NCBI RefSeq assembly: GCF_006345805.1
Contig: NC_042998.1
Coordinates: forward strand, 148,986,001-149,050,000
DNA: 64,000 nucleotides
From: Octopus sinensis
Taxonomy: Eukaryota
Reading direction: 5' to 3'
Positions 51,568 to 63,220 of this stretch are shown here, piece by piece; position 1 is the first letter of the stretch, and the number at the start of each line of letters is the position of its first letter. A program made the position numbers and the translations under genes. Under the pieces are notes generated by a model. That model worked only from the letters and a program-made list of their open reading frames with translations. It had not been told where the DNA came from and did no database searches.

Positions 51568-52644
51568 CATTACAAATTGGGATTTTACCAATAGGACCAC
51601 AACTCCAATTTCAGGAAAACCTTATTTTCTGGAGTACACATAGAAAGCTATATCCAAAGTATTAATCTAATAATATAATCATTTTAAAGCCTACTAAATC
51701 GTACGATAAAATAAAGTACATTAGAATTAATTAAAATATAAGTCCACCAGTGCGTCCTCAGGCTATTTTTCTTCATATTATTATTATTAACGGATCCTAC
51801 TTAATCATACAAATTCTAAGATATCTTCATTAAGAATAAGTATAAAAATATCTATATACATAACTTCCTAATATATTTTTTACAAAATTTAAAAGATTTT
51901 AAAAATTAAAAAAAATTATAAAATTTAAAAAGTTCATAAAAATTGAATAAAATTTAAACACCTAAATATATAATAACGATATATATATATAGAAAGTTCT
52001 AAACATAAAGAAACCCTCATCGACTATTTTATAACCACGTCAAATTAAACCGCCTATCTAAATAAACTTTACGGGAATTAATAATTTATTGTGAAATTTA
52101 CCCCTATCAATACAAGTATATATTACCATTATTATGTCAAACGTAAGTTAATAATATTTAAAAAGTAAAAAAACCTCTATATATGTTATAAAATTATTGA
52201 ATTAAACTTGGAAATGAAACTATTTACCACAATTAATAAAAGAAGAATACTTATCAGCATGTTTACTCTTTCTTTAACCTGTGCAAAGGGCTGCACCTTC
52301 TGTCCTGCGCTAAGTATTATGGAAATAATAAAACACTACTCTAAAAATATTCTTTAAGACTAATATCATTTGAGAGGCTGAATTCAAGGGGAGATAATAA
52401 TAAGATTTTTTCTAGTGTTAAAGATTTAGAGATTTATTTTATTTGATATGTGGCCTGTCTAATCCTTTTTAAGTTAATATTCTTTACATTTATTCTTGGT
52501 TTTAGGTATATCCGTATCTAATACTATTATATTGTTCTATTAAAACTACATTTAACTATCTTCCTCATAATTGTTTAGAATTACATTCTGGTGGGGAGGG
52601 GTATCTTTTCATATATTTTTCATTTTATTATACGTAAAGCTATT

Positions 52645-52681
<37 letters not shown>

Positions 52682-52860
52682 GCAGGTACCTGACCTCTTA
52701 TCAGGCAAGGTCCGGATTTCTACACACAGGCGAAATATATACCGAAAATATAAAATAATCAACGAAAAGTAAGGAATAAAATTGTATGGAATGAAATTGT
52801 ATGACAAACAAATTAATGCATTTTTAAAGCAGAGTCTGTTTGACCTTTATTAAGAACAGG

Positions 52861-52973
52861 CGTCGTGTGACGAATACGCCACGGAAACTTAGAACAAAGC
52901 GGTCGCGCGGCGAACTACTACAGCCCGCGAAATTCAAAGCTAGCCAGTTTCAATGATAGCCGAATAAGGTTCG

Positions 52974-52975
<2 letters not shown>
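52861..52975. promoter_or_regulatory. Small CpG-dense unique tract with an E2F-like site
   Basis: About a dozen CpGs in ~75 bp; CCCGCGAAA at 52924-52932; preceded by AACTACTACAGCCC. Confidence 0.2.
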
Positions 52976-53029
<54 letters not shown>

Positions 53030-53153
53030 GTATTATATATATAAATTTAAAATGAGTGAAAAATTGGATATTAATTTGATTAACATCAATTAAAAACCAG
53101 TGGTCTAGCATATTAAAATCTGAAGGTTCAGAAAATTGTATTACATATATATA

Positions 53154-53214
53154 TTAGAAGTAGATCCGCTACGGTCTTAACTTAGTGGTAAGACCATAAC
53201 GGATCTACTTCTAA
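53154..53214. repeat. Short fold-back hairpin (~27-bp arms) next to (TA)n
   Basis: TTAGAAGTAGATCCGCTACGGTCTTA ... TAAGACCATAACGGATCTACTTCTAA, two mismatches. Confidence 0.85.
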
Positions 53215-53248
53215 CATAACAGTTGTCTACATAGTGGTCGTCCCTCTC

Positions 53249-53297
<49 letters not shown>

Positions 53298-53316
53298 AAT
53301 ATATATATATATATAT

Positions 53317-53349
<33 letters not shown>

Positions 53350-53925
53350 ATATATGATAGCTACAATAATAGCAACAAGCATGTAATTCTTTTATTCGGT
53401 AGTTCTGATAGAAAGTTCGCTAAAAAATTATAATATAATATCCTGTATGTTGAAAACCGATACCGTCTTATGCGCCCGAGGAAGGCGGTTTATTTCAAAT
53501 TGATGTAATGCTTGCATTGGTCTATTAAATGGAGCCGTATGAAATGGCCGCAATTCACTAATATACCTTGACATCCTTGTTACTTATTTGTTTTATATAT
53601 ATATATATTATAGAATAGTATAAAAAATTTTAAAAATACTAATTATGTTTTAAAACATTCAACTGGGAGAAATACCAGGTCTGGCCTCTGGCTCTATGTT
53701 TGATATCTCTGCTATATGTACAATGGAAATCGTCATAATCACAATATTTATAAGAAACGGTGCTATAGTTGTGGTTGTTGATGTTGTTGTTCTTATCGTT
53801 TAGGCTTTCTTCAGAATCAAGTAGATTTAAGCATACATAATGTGTGTGTCATGTGTTAGTGCGTACTTGCGTGTGTGTGCTCATTTCTGTTTATGTATAT
53901 ATACGTGAGCGTGTGATTATATATA

Positions 53926-53975
<50 letters not shown>

Positions 53976-54074
53976 CATAAATACATACATACATACACAC
54001 ATGCATACATACATACATACGTACATACATACATACATACGTGTGCGTGTGTGTGTTTCAGAGAGACAAGAGAG

Positions 54075-54153
<79 letters not shown>

Positions 54154-54558
54154 AGACAATATGAGGAGCTTTAGTGAAGATAACTCCACTAATAGGTATG
54201 TGCTCAAGTAAGTGTGTTACCAAAATTCCAGTTTGAGCAACAGTTGAAGTTGTGGTTATGTGATTGCCTTGTTAAAAAACGGCTCGAAGTGGCATTACTT
54301 TGAGTCAGTAAGTATAGGTTAAAGGACCACACTATTTTAACCTATACATAATACATAAGGTCTACATACGTACACACTCACACAGACATGTATACGTACA
54401 TGCACACACACTTATCCACACACACACACACACACATATGTATGTATATGAGTACGTAACTTCATCCTCATATACACATAGGTGTTTGCATGCATACACG
54501 TAACATAATGATATATATTTAGACATTTAGATATATAAATATACATATGTATATATAA

Positions 54559-54600
<42 letters not shown>

Positions 54601-54956
54601 CTACAGGCATACATTCACACTGCCGCATGCACGTATATACATACGTATACAAACGTATATATATACATATATATGTCCATATTTTTATATATATACTAAC
54701 AATTTAACAATAAAACATAGGCATACATACATATATGTACATACCTACATCTATATGTATATATACATGCATCTATATATATATATGAGTACAGGACACC
54801 ACAAATAAACGTAGAACACAACGAGAAACGAAAACATAAAAACAAACAAGGAAACGGACTTTTTTTAACAATGAAAAAACAGAGAATATATATATATATT
54901 ACGGAGATGTACTTGCATAGCGAGTGACTTGATCTGAGATCGTGTGCTGGAACGAA

Positions 54957-55243
54957 AACAATTGCAGCGTGGAAGGTGTTTATAAGCCATTTAAGAAACA
55001 CACAAAACCGTTAGATTCACTTCAACATTTAAATTTAATTGTCAAAATATTTTCGTCGCTTTGAGACCGCGACATGTTCAATGACAAAATTTCGTGATGC
55101 AGCACGAAGTTTTGTCATTGAACATGTCGCGGTCTCAAAGCGACGAAAATATTTTGACAAATTAAATTTAAATGTTGAAGTGAATCTAACGGTTTTGTGT
55201 GTTTCTTAAATGGCTTATAAACACTTTCCACGCTACAATTGTT
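54957..55243. repeat. Near-perfect palindrome, 140-bp arms, 6-nt spacer
   Basis: 54957-55096 versus 55103-55243: 3 substitutions and 1 indel by manual alignment. The left arm continues as a longer repeat to ~54785; the right arm ends in (TA)n. Confidence 0.95.
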
Positions 55244-55589
55244 ATATATATATACACATACATCCTCTTATCATACACCTACACTCACACATATACAAAC
55301 ATATATATCCATATAAATGAAGGGGACGTGTGCATGAAAGTTGCACTTATGCACCGGACACAGCCTTCCAATCATATACATACACATATATACACACGCA
55401 AAAACATATACATATGAAATATATACATACATATGAATATATCTACACACGTACACATTCACACAATAAAAAGAAAAAAAGAAAAAAAGGAAAAATATAT
55501 ATAAAAAATTAAAAAATATATATGAAAAATAAAAAATTAAAAAATATATATATAAAAAATAATAAAGTTAAGACATATGGGAAGACATG

Positions 55590-56138
55590 TCATTTCTTCT
55601 GTTAACTTTTTGATCTTGGTTGAGGTTTTTCTCGTTTGAGATTTTTTCTGCTGGATTTTTCAGTTTGTTTTAAGTGCCATTTAGATGTGATGTAGTGATT
55701 TTCTGTTCCTTTTTCTGACAAATTGACCTTTCCTCATCATTTAAGATTTATATGTGATATCTTCGTGGACAACATTTCTGGCTGTTCCTTCTGACACATA
55801 GAGATCTGTTGCAATTGACCTCTTGGACTTTCTAGGATTGTAATCAATGGTCTGAATTTACTGGATAAATTCAGGTGTTCTGATGATTTCAGAGTGTTTA
55901 AAATGGTTTTTATGCTTTGATACTAGTGATACATTTCCATCTCAGTCTCTAGCTCCTTATAAACTTTGTAGACGAAGGATCTGGCAACTTTTAACCACAA
56001 TAACAGCATGCCTCTTCATTTCTTGAGTAAACTGAGGCTCTGCAATTATTATTTTCTGAAACAAAAATTACATAGAGTTAGCAAAAATTGCAGCAATGAC
56101 CCAAAAAATGTATGTCTTCAAATACCTTACTCACCCTG
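55590..56138 (-). mobile_element. Tc1/mariner (DD37D-like) 5' half with TIR
   Basis: TA|CAGGGTGAGTAAGG terminus; translation QFTQEMKRHAVIV..VARSFVYKV, NPRKSKRSIA.DL.VSEGT.RNVVHEDI.YKS, EKNLNQDQKVNRRND. Confidence 0.75.
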
Positions 56139-56651
56139 TATATGTATGTGTGTGTATGTGTGCATTTGTGTGCGTGTGTGTTTGTGTTTCTCACCCACAA
56201 CCGCTTGACAACTGTTGTTGGGTTGTTTACATCCCCTTAACTTAGCGGTTTGGCAAAAGTGAACGATAGAATAAGTACCAGGCTTAAATGTAAGTACTTG
56301 AGTTCATTTGTACGACTAAACACTTTGAGGCATTGCTCCAGCAAGTTCGCAACCCAATGATTGAAACAAGTAAAAGATAAAAGATAAAAATGGAGATACC
56401 TTTTTCGTGTAAACACACACGTGTCAGGTAAAAATGCAAGAAAACAATTTAAATGGCTCAAAACTGAGGCCAATCTAACTTCAGAATTAAAATAACGAGC
56501 AAACTTACCCATCTACGATGGGTGATAAGAGCAGGGTGCAAATCGAGACAATTTCAGTTGTAATGTACTTATTTTTATTCATTATATTTGATAGTGCCAA
56601 ACTATATTGTGTACCTTATTGAACAATATATATGTAAACATTTACATATCT

Positions 56652-59600
56652 TTACAAAACCTCTTTGTAAACAATATTTTCCGTTTGTCCACAACTAAGT
56701 TTCAAGTTAGTTGAATCCGTTGCCATACTCATCGCGACATACAGCTAGCCGTGCATGAACATGGGAGAGGGCAGAAGCATACCGACACGATCCAAAGTCT
56801 GGCCCTGTGACCTGTTGGCCATAAAGGAGAAAGCTATTTGATAGGAAACTGCCTGCGTCGTAATTGAAAATGAAACTAATTATCTGAAGGCATCAGATGT
56901 ATCCGAGTTATAAACAGACGTTTGCCAGTGTGAGGACCAGTTGCTATCGCTGCTTCGATGACATGAAAGTTAAGTTCCGTAACAGAGTAATTTGTTCCGC
57001 TGCAATGTCCATTAGCTGGGTTAAAATTCCGAAGCAGCATAGTCGAACAACCCTTCTTCGAAGTTATTTTGTGTACTGGTAGTCCTGATGGATATTGCGG
57101 ATAATCTTGCGGATATTGATGGTACTTTTCATCGTCTAAAGTGTCTGAACTTAGATATTCCTGACTTTCTCCTGGGAAGCTCTTGATTATATAAGTTCAT
57201 TTACGCTGTTGACGACATCATTGGTTGAAGCAATAACAGCTCGTGAATATAACCGCGGCGGATTCATATGCTCTTCGCCTAAACCATCAAAAACAAATTT
57301 GCACATTTCAGAAATAGAAGTTTCTTGGACAAACTCAGGCCGGATTTGAATTGTGTTTTTATGAGGTTCAATATACATACAGTTTCCAGATCCGATGTCG
57401 CTTAGATAGGAAACGAATGTCGCATCAGAGGAATTGCGATTTCTCATGTTTATTGATAGTTTCAATACTGTGACACACTTCCAGATGTATGATGTCTTCA
57501 AGGTTGCGTTGACTATCTGAGGTCGACTTCCACGCTTGATAACTGGAAAAATTTGCTCCCAGTCACCAACAGAAAGAATACATATTCCTCCAAACCGATT
57601 TTTACACCTCCTGATGTTGCGAAAGGAACGATCCAAGCATTCAAATAGAAGTTTATCCCCTTGGATGACTTCATCGACTATCAACAGGTCAGTCATCCTG
57701 AAGAGTTTTGCGGTTGCATCCTGTTCGGATGTTTAGCAAATAGAAGTGATGTTGATAGGAATTTTGCAGCGAGAGTGGAGGGTTCGAGCATTGAGTAACT
57801 GGGTAGCTGCAATTCCTGAAAGAGCAGTAGCGAGTACAATTTTTTTCTCCGATCGTAGAAAATCTACAATCGCATTCATGAGATATGTTTTTCCAGTTCA
57901 ACCGATTGCACTCAGGCTAAAATTCTTGTTTTCGGTGTTTTTACTGATAATCGCATTTACTACCGTATCATACACATGTCATTGTTCTATGTTCAACATA
58001 TCATACACATCGGCAGACGATCTTCTCAGACTATCAGTATTGAAGTCAACTTCTTCGGAAATAATTTTTGACATTGAATCGCGTGACAACGTCTTAACTG
58101 CCTGAACGGAGTGCACGACTTCCAGGTTGATGTGAGTGTCGTATTTCAACGTCAAGTAGGGATTATATAGTGCTATCCACAAATTACCAGCCTGAAATGA
58201 AATAAGGATCTTAAGTAGATTCAACCTATAAGTTGATTTCCTATCGTCATGTTATTGATATTCGCATACTCGTAATGAGAAAATCTGTGATAAAAAATGA
58301 TACTCACCACAAAATCTATCTGTTCACCCTGACGTGTGAGCAGCTTCTGATGTGTCAGCCCGCCGTCTGATGGACTTCTTCGATACGTGGGGTAGCTGTC
58401 TTTCGGGATGATGGTTGAATGCTGGAACGGCTTCGTGAAATCCTTTGGACTTGATTTGTTAGTAAAACCACAGGGACCATGTATATTGTGCACCATTACG
58501 GCCTTGAATAACTGTGGATTCTTATTTTTATCAGGAATTTTTGCACTAACTACTTTGTCGTTGATTTCTGGCATGGCAGGCTTGTGTTGAGGGGCCATTA
58601 TAAGCAATATATGCGCATATGTAAGTTCACGTTTCTGCCATTCAATGGTGAGTGTGTGGGCGATAACTTCCTCCGATACATGATTTTTCAGAAGATCGTT
58701 AAGAAGTGCATCGAGCTTCATTTTAAACACTCTAGCTAAAATGTCGGGACGGTCTTCAGGCTGCTCACCTGGAAATGATGTACGCTGAATCTCTGGCTAC
58801 TTTGGATTTGTCGTGAAAGTAATAAAGTAGTGGGGCTTTCCCAACGCTCTGACTATAGCCATGGCACTTTGAAAGGCGTCATTGTAAAATCTTGGACTAC
58901 CTGTGATGGTCGGTGAATGATTCTTCTTCCAGGTGTCACTAAATCATTTTGATGTATGGCATCAAGCAATCCTGAACATTTTTCTGCCCAATCGTAGTTT
59001 GATTTCGTTCAACCTACTGAAACCCGCTTCGTTCAACTTTCACCCATTGATCTAATGCATATTGCTGCAAGAGCCTTCTACTTCGCATCACATGGTTATC
59101 CGAATTTATTCTCACTTGAAGCTGATAAGCATAGAAATCCATTGCTGTCAATGTCTATCCATTTGTTTTCTTCAAATTCAGCCGCCAGCCATCTGTTCCT
59201 TCTGGAAACAACAGGACATAGTATAGCGTATCAAAAGATCGATGAAGTGAGTTAATGCGTTTGTACGGTGCATTCTGACAGTGGATGATGACGTCCAAAG
59301 GATCTTTAATAACACCAGGAACCAACGCAACAACTTCGGAATTCATGGATCGGTTACATTGTCTACAATATTCATTGGACTGTTTTGATTTTTTATCGTG
59401 ATGTAAAATGATTGAATTATTTTCAGTTTTTGACAAATCTATAGCTGCTTGAAAAGATGAAACGTAAGGATTAACATGACGAATATAGTTTTGTAGATTA
59501 TTTAGTATATTTGGATCTAACTGATCCATGTGCTCCATACGATTTCTAGTCTCATAATCTGTATCGGAGAAGTAAAACTGAGCAAAAGTTGGCGATTGAC

Positions 59601-60351
59601 CATCGTCTGGCAGTAAATTTCCAATTGTAAGATGAATTTTACCTTGTATTTTGAATGTTGGATTAAATCCACTTAACGAAGTTTCAATTTTGCATCCAAT
59701 TGAAGCAAATGCAAGTGCATAGTTGTATGATCGAATTTTTGTTATAAATCTGCTATCGCCCCATAATTTCAGAATATCATCTGATAAATTTGGAATAGGC
59801 TCAACTTTAACTTCCCCTTTTTCACAGCATAGGGAAATTGGTCCGCTTTGCAATGCGGGCATACATAATCTCCAAAACTGCCACAGAGATAACTGTATAA
59901 TATTGGGATCTTATTTTCGTCAAAATCATCTTGCACTGCAATTAAGTTATAATCTGTGATCATTTCATCGATTTCACTATCCGCGAGGGAAATATTTTGT
60001 AACTCATCATCTTCAACTAGGCAATTGCGCTTGCGTAGCTCGCAGTCGTGCTCGAGTGTTATAGGTTTGTTCGGTAGCTCTAACTGTAGAACTTCTCCTT
60101 GATCGACGTGTTGCGGTATTGTTCTCTTGTTCTGCATCTCTGACAGCCGGATTTATCCTATTTGATCGACGTGCTGAGGTATTTCTTTGTTGTTCAGAGT
60201 CTCTCACTTCTAGATTTTGGCGCTTTGCACTCCGTGCTTCTGTATCTCTTTCTTGTTCGGCTTGTCTGTACGCTTCGTCCGACCCAGTCCTACTGGTAGA
60301 AGCAGCATTTCTTGTTTTTCTCCCAATTGACGACTTCCGATTTGGTGCCAT
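56652..60351 (-). pseudogene. Helitron RepHel (HUH Rep + PIF1-family helicase) pseudogene
   Basis: CPHC...CC Zn motif; IRSYNYALAFAS, FKIQG, LLQQYALD, GSPRFY..AMAIVRALGKPHYFITFTTNPK*PEI (motif 1), EWQKRELTYAHILL (decayed HUH), HGPCG, YNPYL.LKY..HINLE; helicase G*TGKT, SGIAAT.L..RTLHS, IVDE, FGG..GDW.QI.PV, LLRN..P.NG.C.GT, RQFPI, SQGQTLDRVG, HG*LYVAMS, NIVYKEVL*. Confidence 0.95.
58192..58307 (-). other. Predicted 116-nt phase-0 spliceosomal intron in RepHel
   Basis: GTG|GTGAGT...TTATTTCATTTCAG|GCT; removal joins ORF 58221-58730 in frame to ORF 57979-58224 (QIDFV-AGNLWIALYNPY). Confidence 0.75.
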
Positions 60352-61921
60352 GATCTGACACGAATAAAATAATAAATGAGCAACATAAAAATAAAAAACT
60401 TTTGTTACATTTTAATTAACGTGTAATATAATGCACGCATATCATGTCATTCACTGTTTTATACATCGTAGTATGATGCATAGTAGGAAAAGTTACCAGT
60501 GTTGATTGTGGACACGCTCCTTCGCAAATGATCAGCTATTATTTTGTTAACAATGTTTCAAAACTGTTCATGTGTTCGAAAGGAGAGATCTGACTCTCAC
60601 ACTCAGTGTAGGAGGCCCAGGTTGCCAAAGTTACTTCATTCGACAATATTACTCAATAGAGGGAGAAGGAGTTGGGTGGGTAAGGGAAATGGGGCGGGGT
60701 GGGGGAGGGAGTGGAAGAAGAAGCCGGACTGACCTCTGCGGGAGAAGGTAGGCCTCTCTATTCTTCTTTCAAAACATACCTCAGGGTGCCAAATTTGCCT
60801 CAATTGATGGTATTACTCGAGTAGGGGTGGTGGTGGGAGAGGGACAGCGGCGGGGGCAGGGGTAGAAGGGGAGGTCAAGCATTCCATTTAGGAGGGTATA
60901 GGCCACCCTATTCCTTCTGCCAAAGTTATCCCCGGGTGCCAAAGTTACCTCAATTGATGGAATTTCTCTGAAAATAGGGGCGGGGAGAGAGTAAACCTAT
61001 ATATCAACCACCCTAGAGAACTGCGAACACCCCTACAAAGTTTCATACTGATCAGTCCAACCGTTTGGCCATGATGTGAGTTCAGACGGACGGACATTAT
61101 GCCCATTATAGTATGATTGCCTGTAAAATAGCAATAAAGCCGAAATTATACACCAACGTCTCTTCTATTCGTAACTGATGTAACAAATACTTAAATATTT
61201 TCGACATTGTAAGGTTGCAAGCGGCAATTCGTTTGTCTTCTTGTTCTGAGTTCGAATTCCGCCGAGGGTGACTTTGCGCTTCATTCCTTGGAGGGTCGAT
61301 AAAATAAGTACCAGTTGCGTACCGGGGTCGATTTTATCGACTTACTCCCACCCTGAACCTCCTGGACTCGCGCCAAAATTTGAAAGTAATATTTAAAGCA
61401 ACTTAACCGGGTGCTATCAGAATCGTTAGCACACCGGTGGAAAATACATTCCGTCTGTTTTTACATTCTGAGTTCAAATTCCGCTTAGGTCGACTTTGCC
61501 TTTCATCCTTTCAAGAACGATAAAATAAGTTCCAGTTGCGCACTGGGGTCAATCTAATCGACCTATCCTCTTCCGAAATTGCTGGCCTTGAGCCAAACCT
61601 TGAAAGCAATATTTTCGAAGATCAAAACGGTACCAGACAATCTATAAATATATCTGCTTCTATATTATCTAATGTTACTATGTTCCTGCACAACCTTCCT
61701 ATATGTCTTAACTTCTTTTAATTTTTTACTTTTTAAATATGTTTTTCATTTTTTCCCTCTTTAAATTGTGAATATGTACGTGTGTGAGTATATGTATATG
61801 TATGTATATGAGTGTAAGACAGTGTCCGGTACATAAATGCGACTTTCATGCACACGTCCCCTTCATTTATACGGATATGCATATGTTTGTATATGTGCGG
61901 GTGTAGGTGTGTGATGGGAGG

Positions 61922-61962
<41 letters not shown>

Positions 61963-62346
61963 AATTGAGATAGGGGTTGTAAATGCAACCCTCCATGGGA
62001 TAACCACTCTTTTATGTACACTTTTTTATGTACATTCCTTTATGTACACTGATTTGTTCTGCTTTTTTATGTTTAACCCTACAGTCTCTTATGTGGTGGT
62101 TTAATAAAGTATGTGATTGAGTATTATCTGGTAATTGATATTTGATTTAGATGTATTTCTCCATTTTCTTATCTTGTATATATATATATATATTTAAGTA
62201 GTTCAATGAATTATCTTAGTATGGATAATTCGGTTAACCGATACCTGGGTAGCAAATTCACGTCAGAAAAACACTGTTGAAGCTACATGCCATGGGCAGA
62301 GATCACGTGCTTTCGTGTGGAAATTTGTGTGTTTTTTTTAATACAA

Positions 62347-62424
62347 ATAAACGAAAGAATGGAGTTGAACGACGATTTAACAATAAAGGAATTTTGTTAA
62401 ATCGTCGTTCAACTCCATTCTTTC

Positions 62425-62430
<6 letters not shown>
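62347..62430. repeat. Fold-back hairpin, 31-bp perfect arms, 10-nt loop
   Basis: 62353-62383 GAAAGAATGGAGTTGAACGACGATTTAACAA versus 62394-62424; the right end runs into (TA)n. Confidence 0.9.
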
Positions 62431-62491
<61 letters not shown>

Positions 62492-62538
62492 GCATATGTA
62501 TGTATATACGTGTATGCGGGAGTGTGAATATATGCCTG

Positions 62539-62615
<77 letters not shown>

Positions 62616-63033
62616 GCGTATATTTATATGTATAAATGTCTAAATATAAACGTACTATGTTACGTGTATGCATGCAAACTCCTATGTGTATATAAGGATG
62701 AATTTGTTTACACATGCAAATATATATACATGTGTACGAGTGTGTGTGGACATCTATGTATGTATGAGCACGTAAATACACATATATGTTTGTGTGCGTA
62801 TGTGAATGTACGTATACATATTCGTGTGAGTGTGTACGTACGTAGATGTTATGAACGCAGGAGGTCCATGTATCGTGAGAATATGGTTGCATGAGTTTTC
62901 TTTTTTTTCCTTTTTTCTTTTTCTACCTATTAGATTAACTTTCCTTTTATTCATAGCGTCTGTTGTCATTAGTTGCTCTTCCCTCCATGAGTCGAAACTC
63001 CGAGTACTCTAAAGACAACTTACTGTTTGTTCT

Positions 63034-63069
<36 letters not shown>

Positions 63070-63073
<4 letters not shown>

Positions 63074-63220
63074 CATCCTTTTCTTTCAATCTGTGGAGAA
63101 ATGGATAAAATTTGCCCTGTTTACAATTATACAATTATATTATATATATAACATATGGCATAATTGTAAACAGGGCAAATTTTATCCATTTCTCCACAGA
63201 CTGAAAGAAAAGGATGAACA
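63070..63220. repeat. Fold-back hairpin, 61-bp arms (1 mismatch), 29-nt spacer
   Basis: 63070-63130 versus 63160-63220; the left end abuts (TA)n. Confidence 0.92.

Larger units (their letters stand above)
56496..61116 (-). mobile_element. Helitron with decayed Rep/helicase gene (4621 bp, internally deleted)
   Basis: 5' A|TCATACTATAATGGGCATAATGTCCGTCCGTCTG..AAACGGTTGGACTGATCAGTATGAAACTTT; 3' hairpin ACCCATC-GTA-GATGGGT (56507-56523) + AAGTTTG-CTCG|T. Removing it restores AAATAA/TTGCC as found uninterrupted at 35330-35340; no TSD. Confidence 0.95.

Noticed and set aside
53471-53553. CCGAGGA..long stem..GAAATGGCC hammerhead-like remnant
   Set aside because: Core positions are mutated and stem I is only ~2 bp.
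57536-60358. Plus-strand ORFs over the Helitron (e.g. 57746-58105, 59723-59959, 60119-60358)
   Set aside because: Antisense shadows of the RepHel coding sequence.
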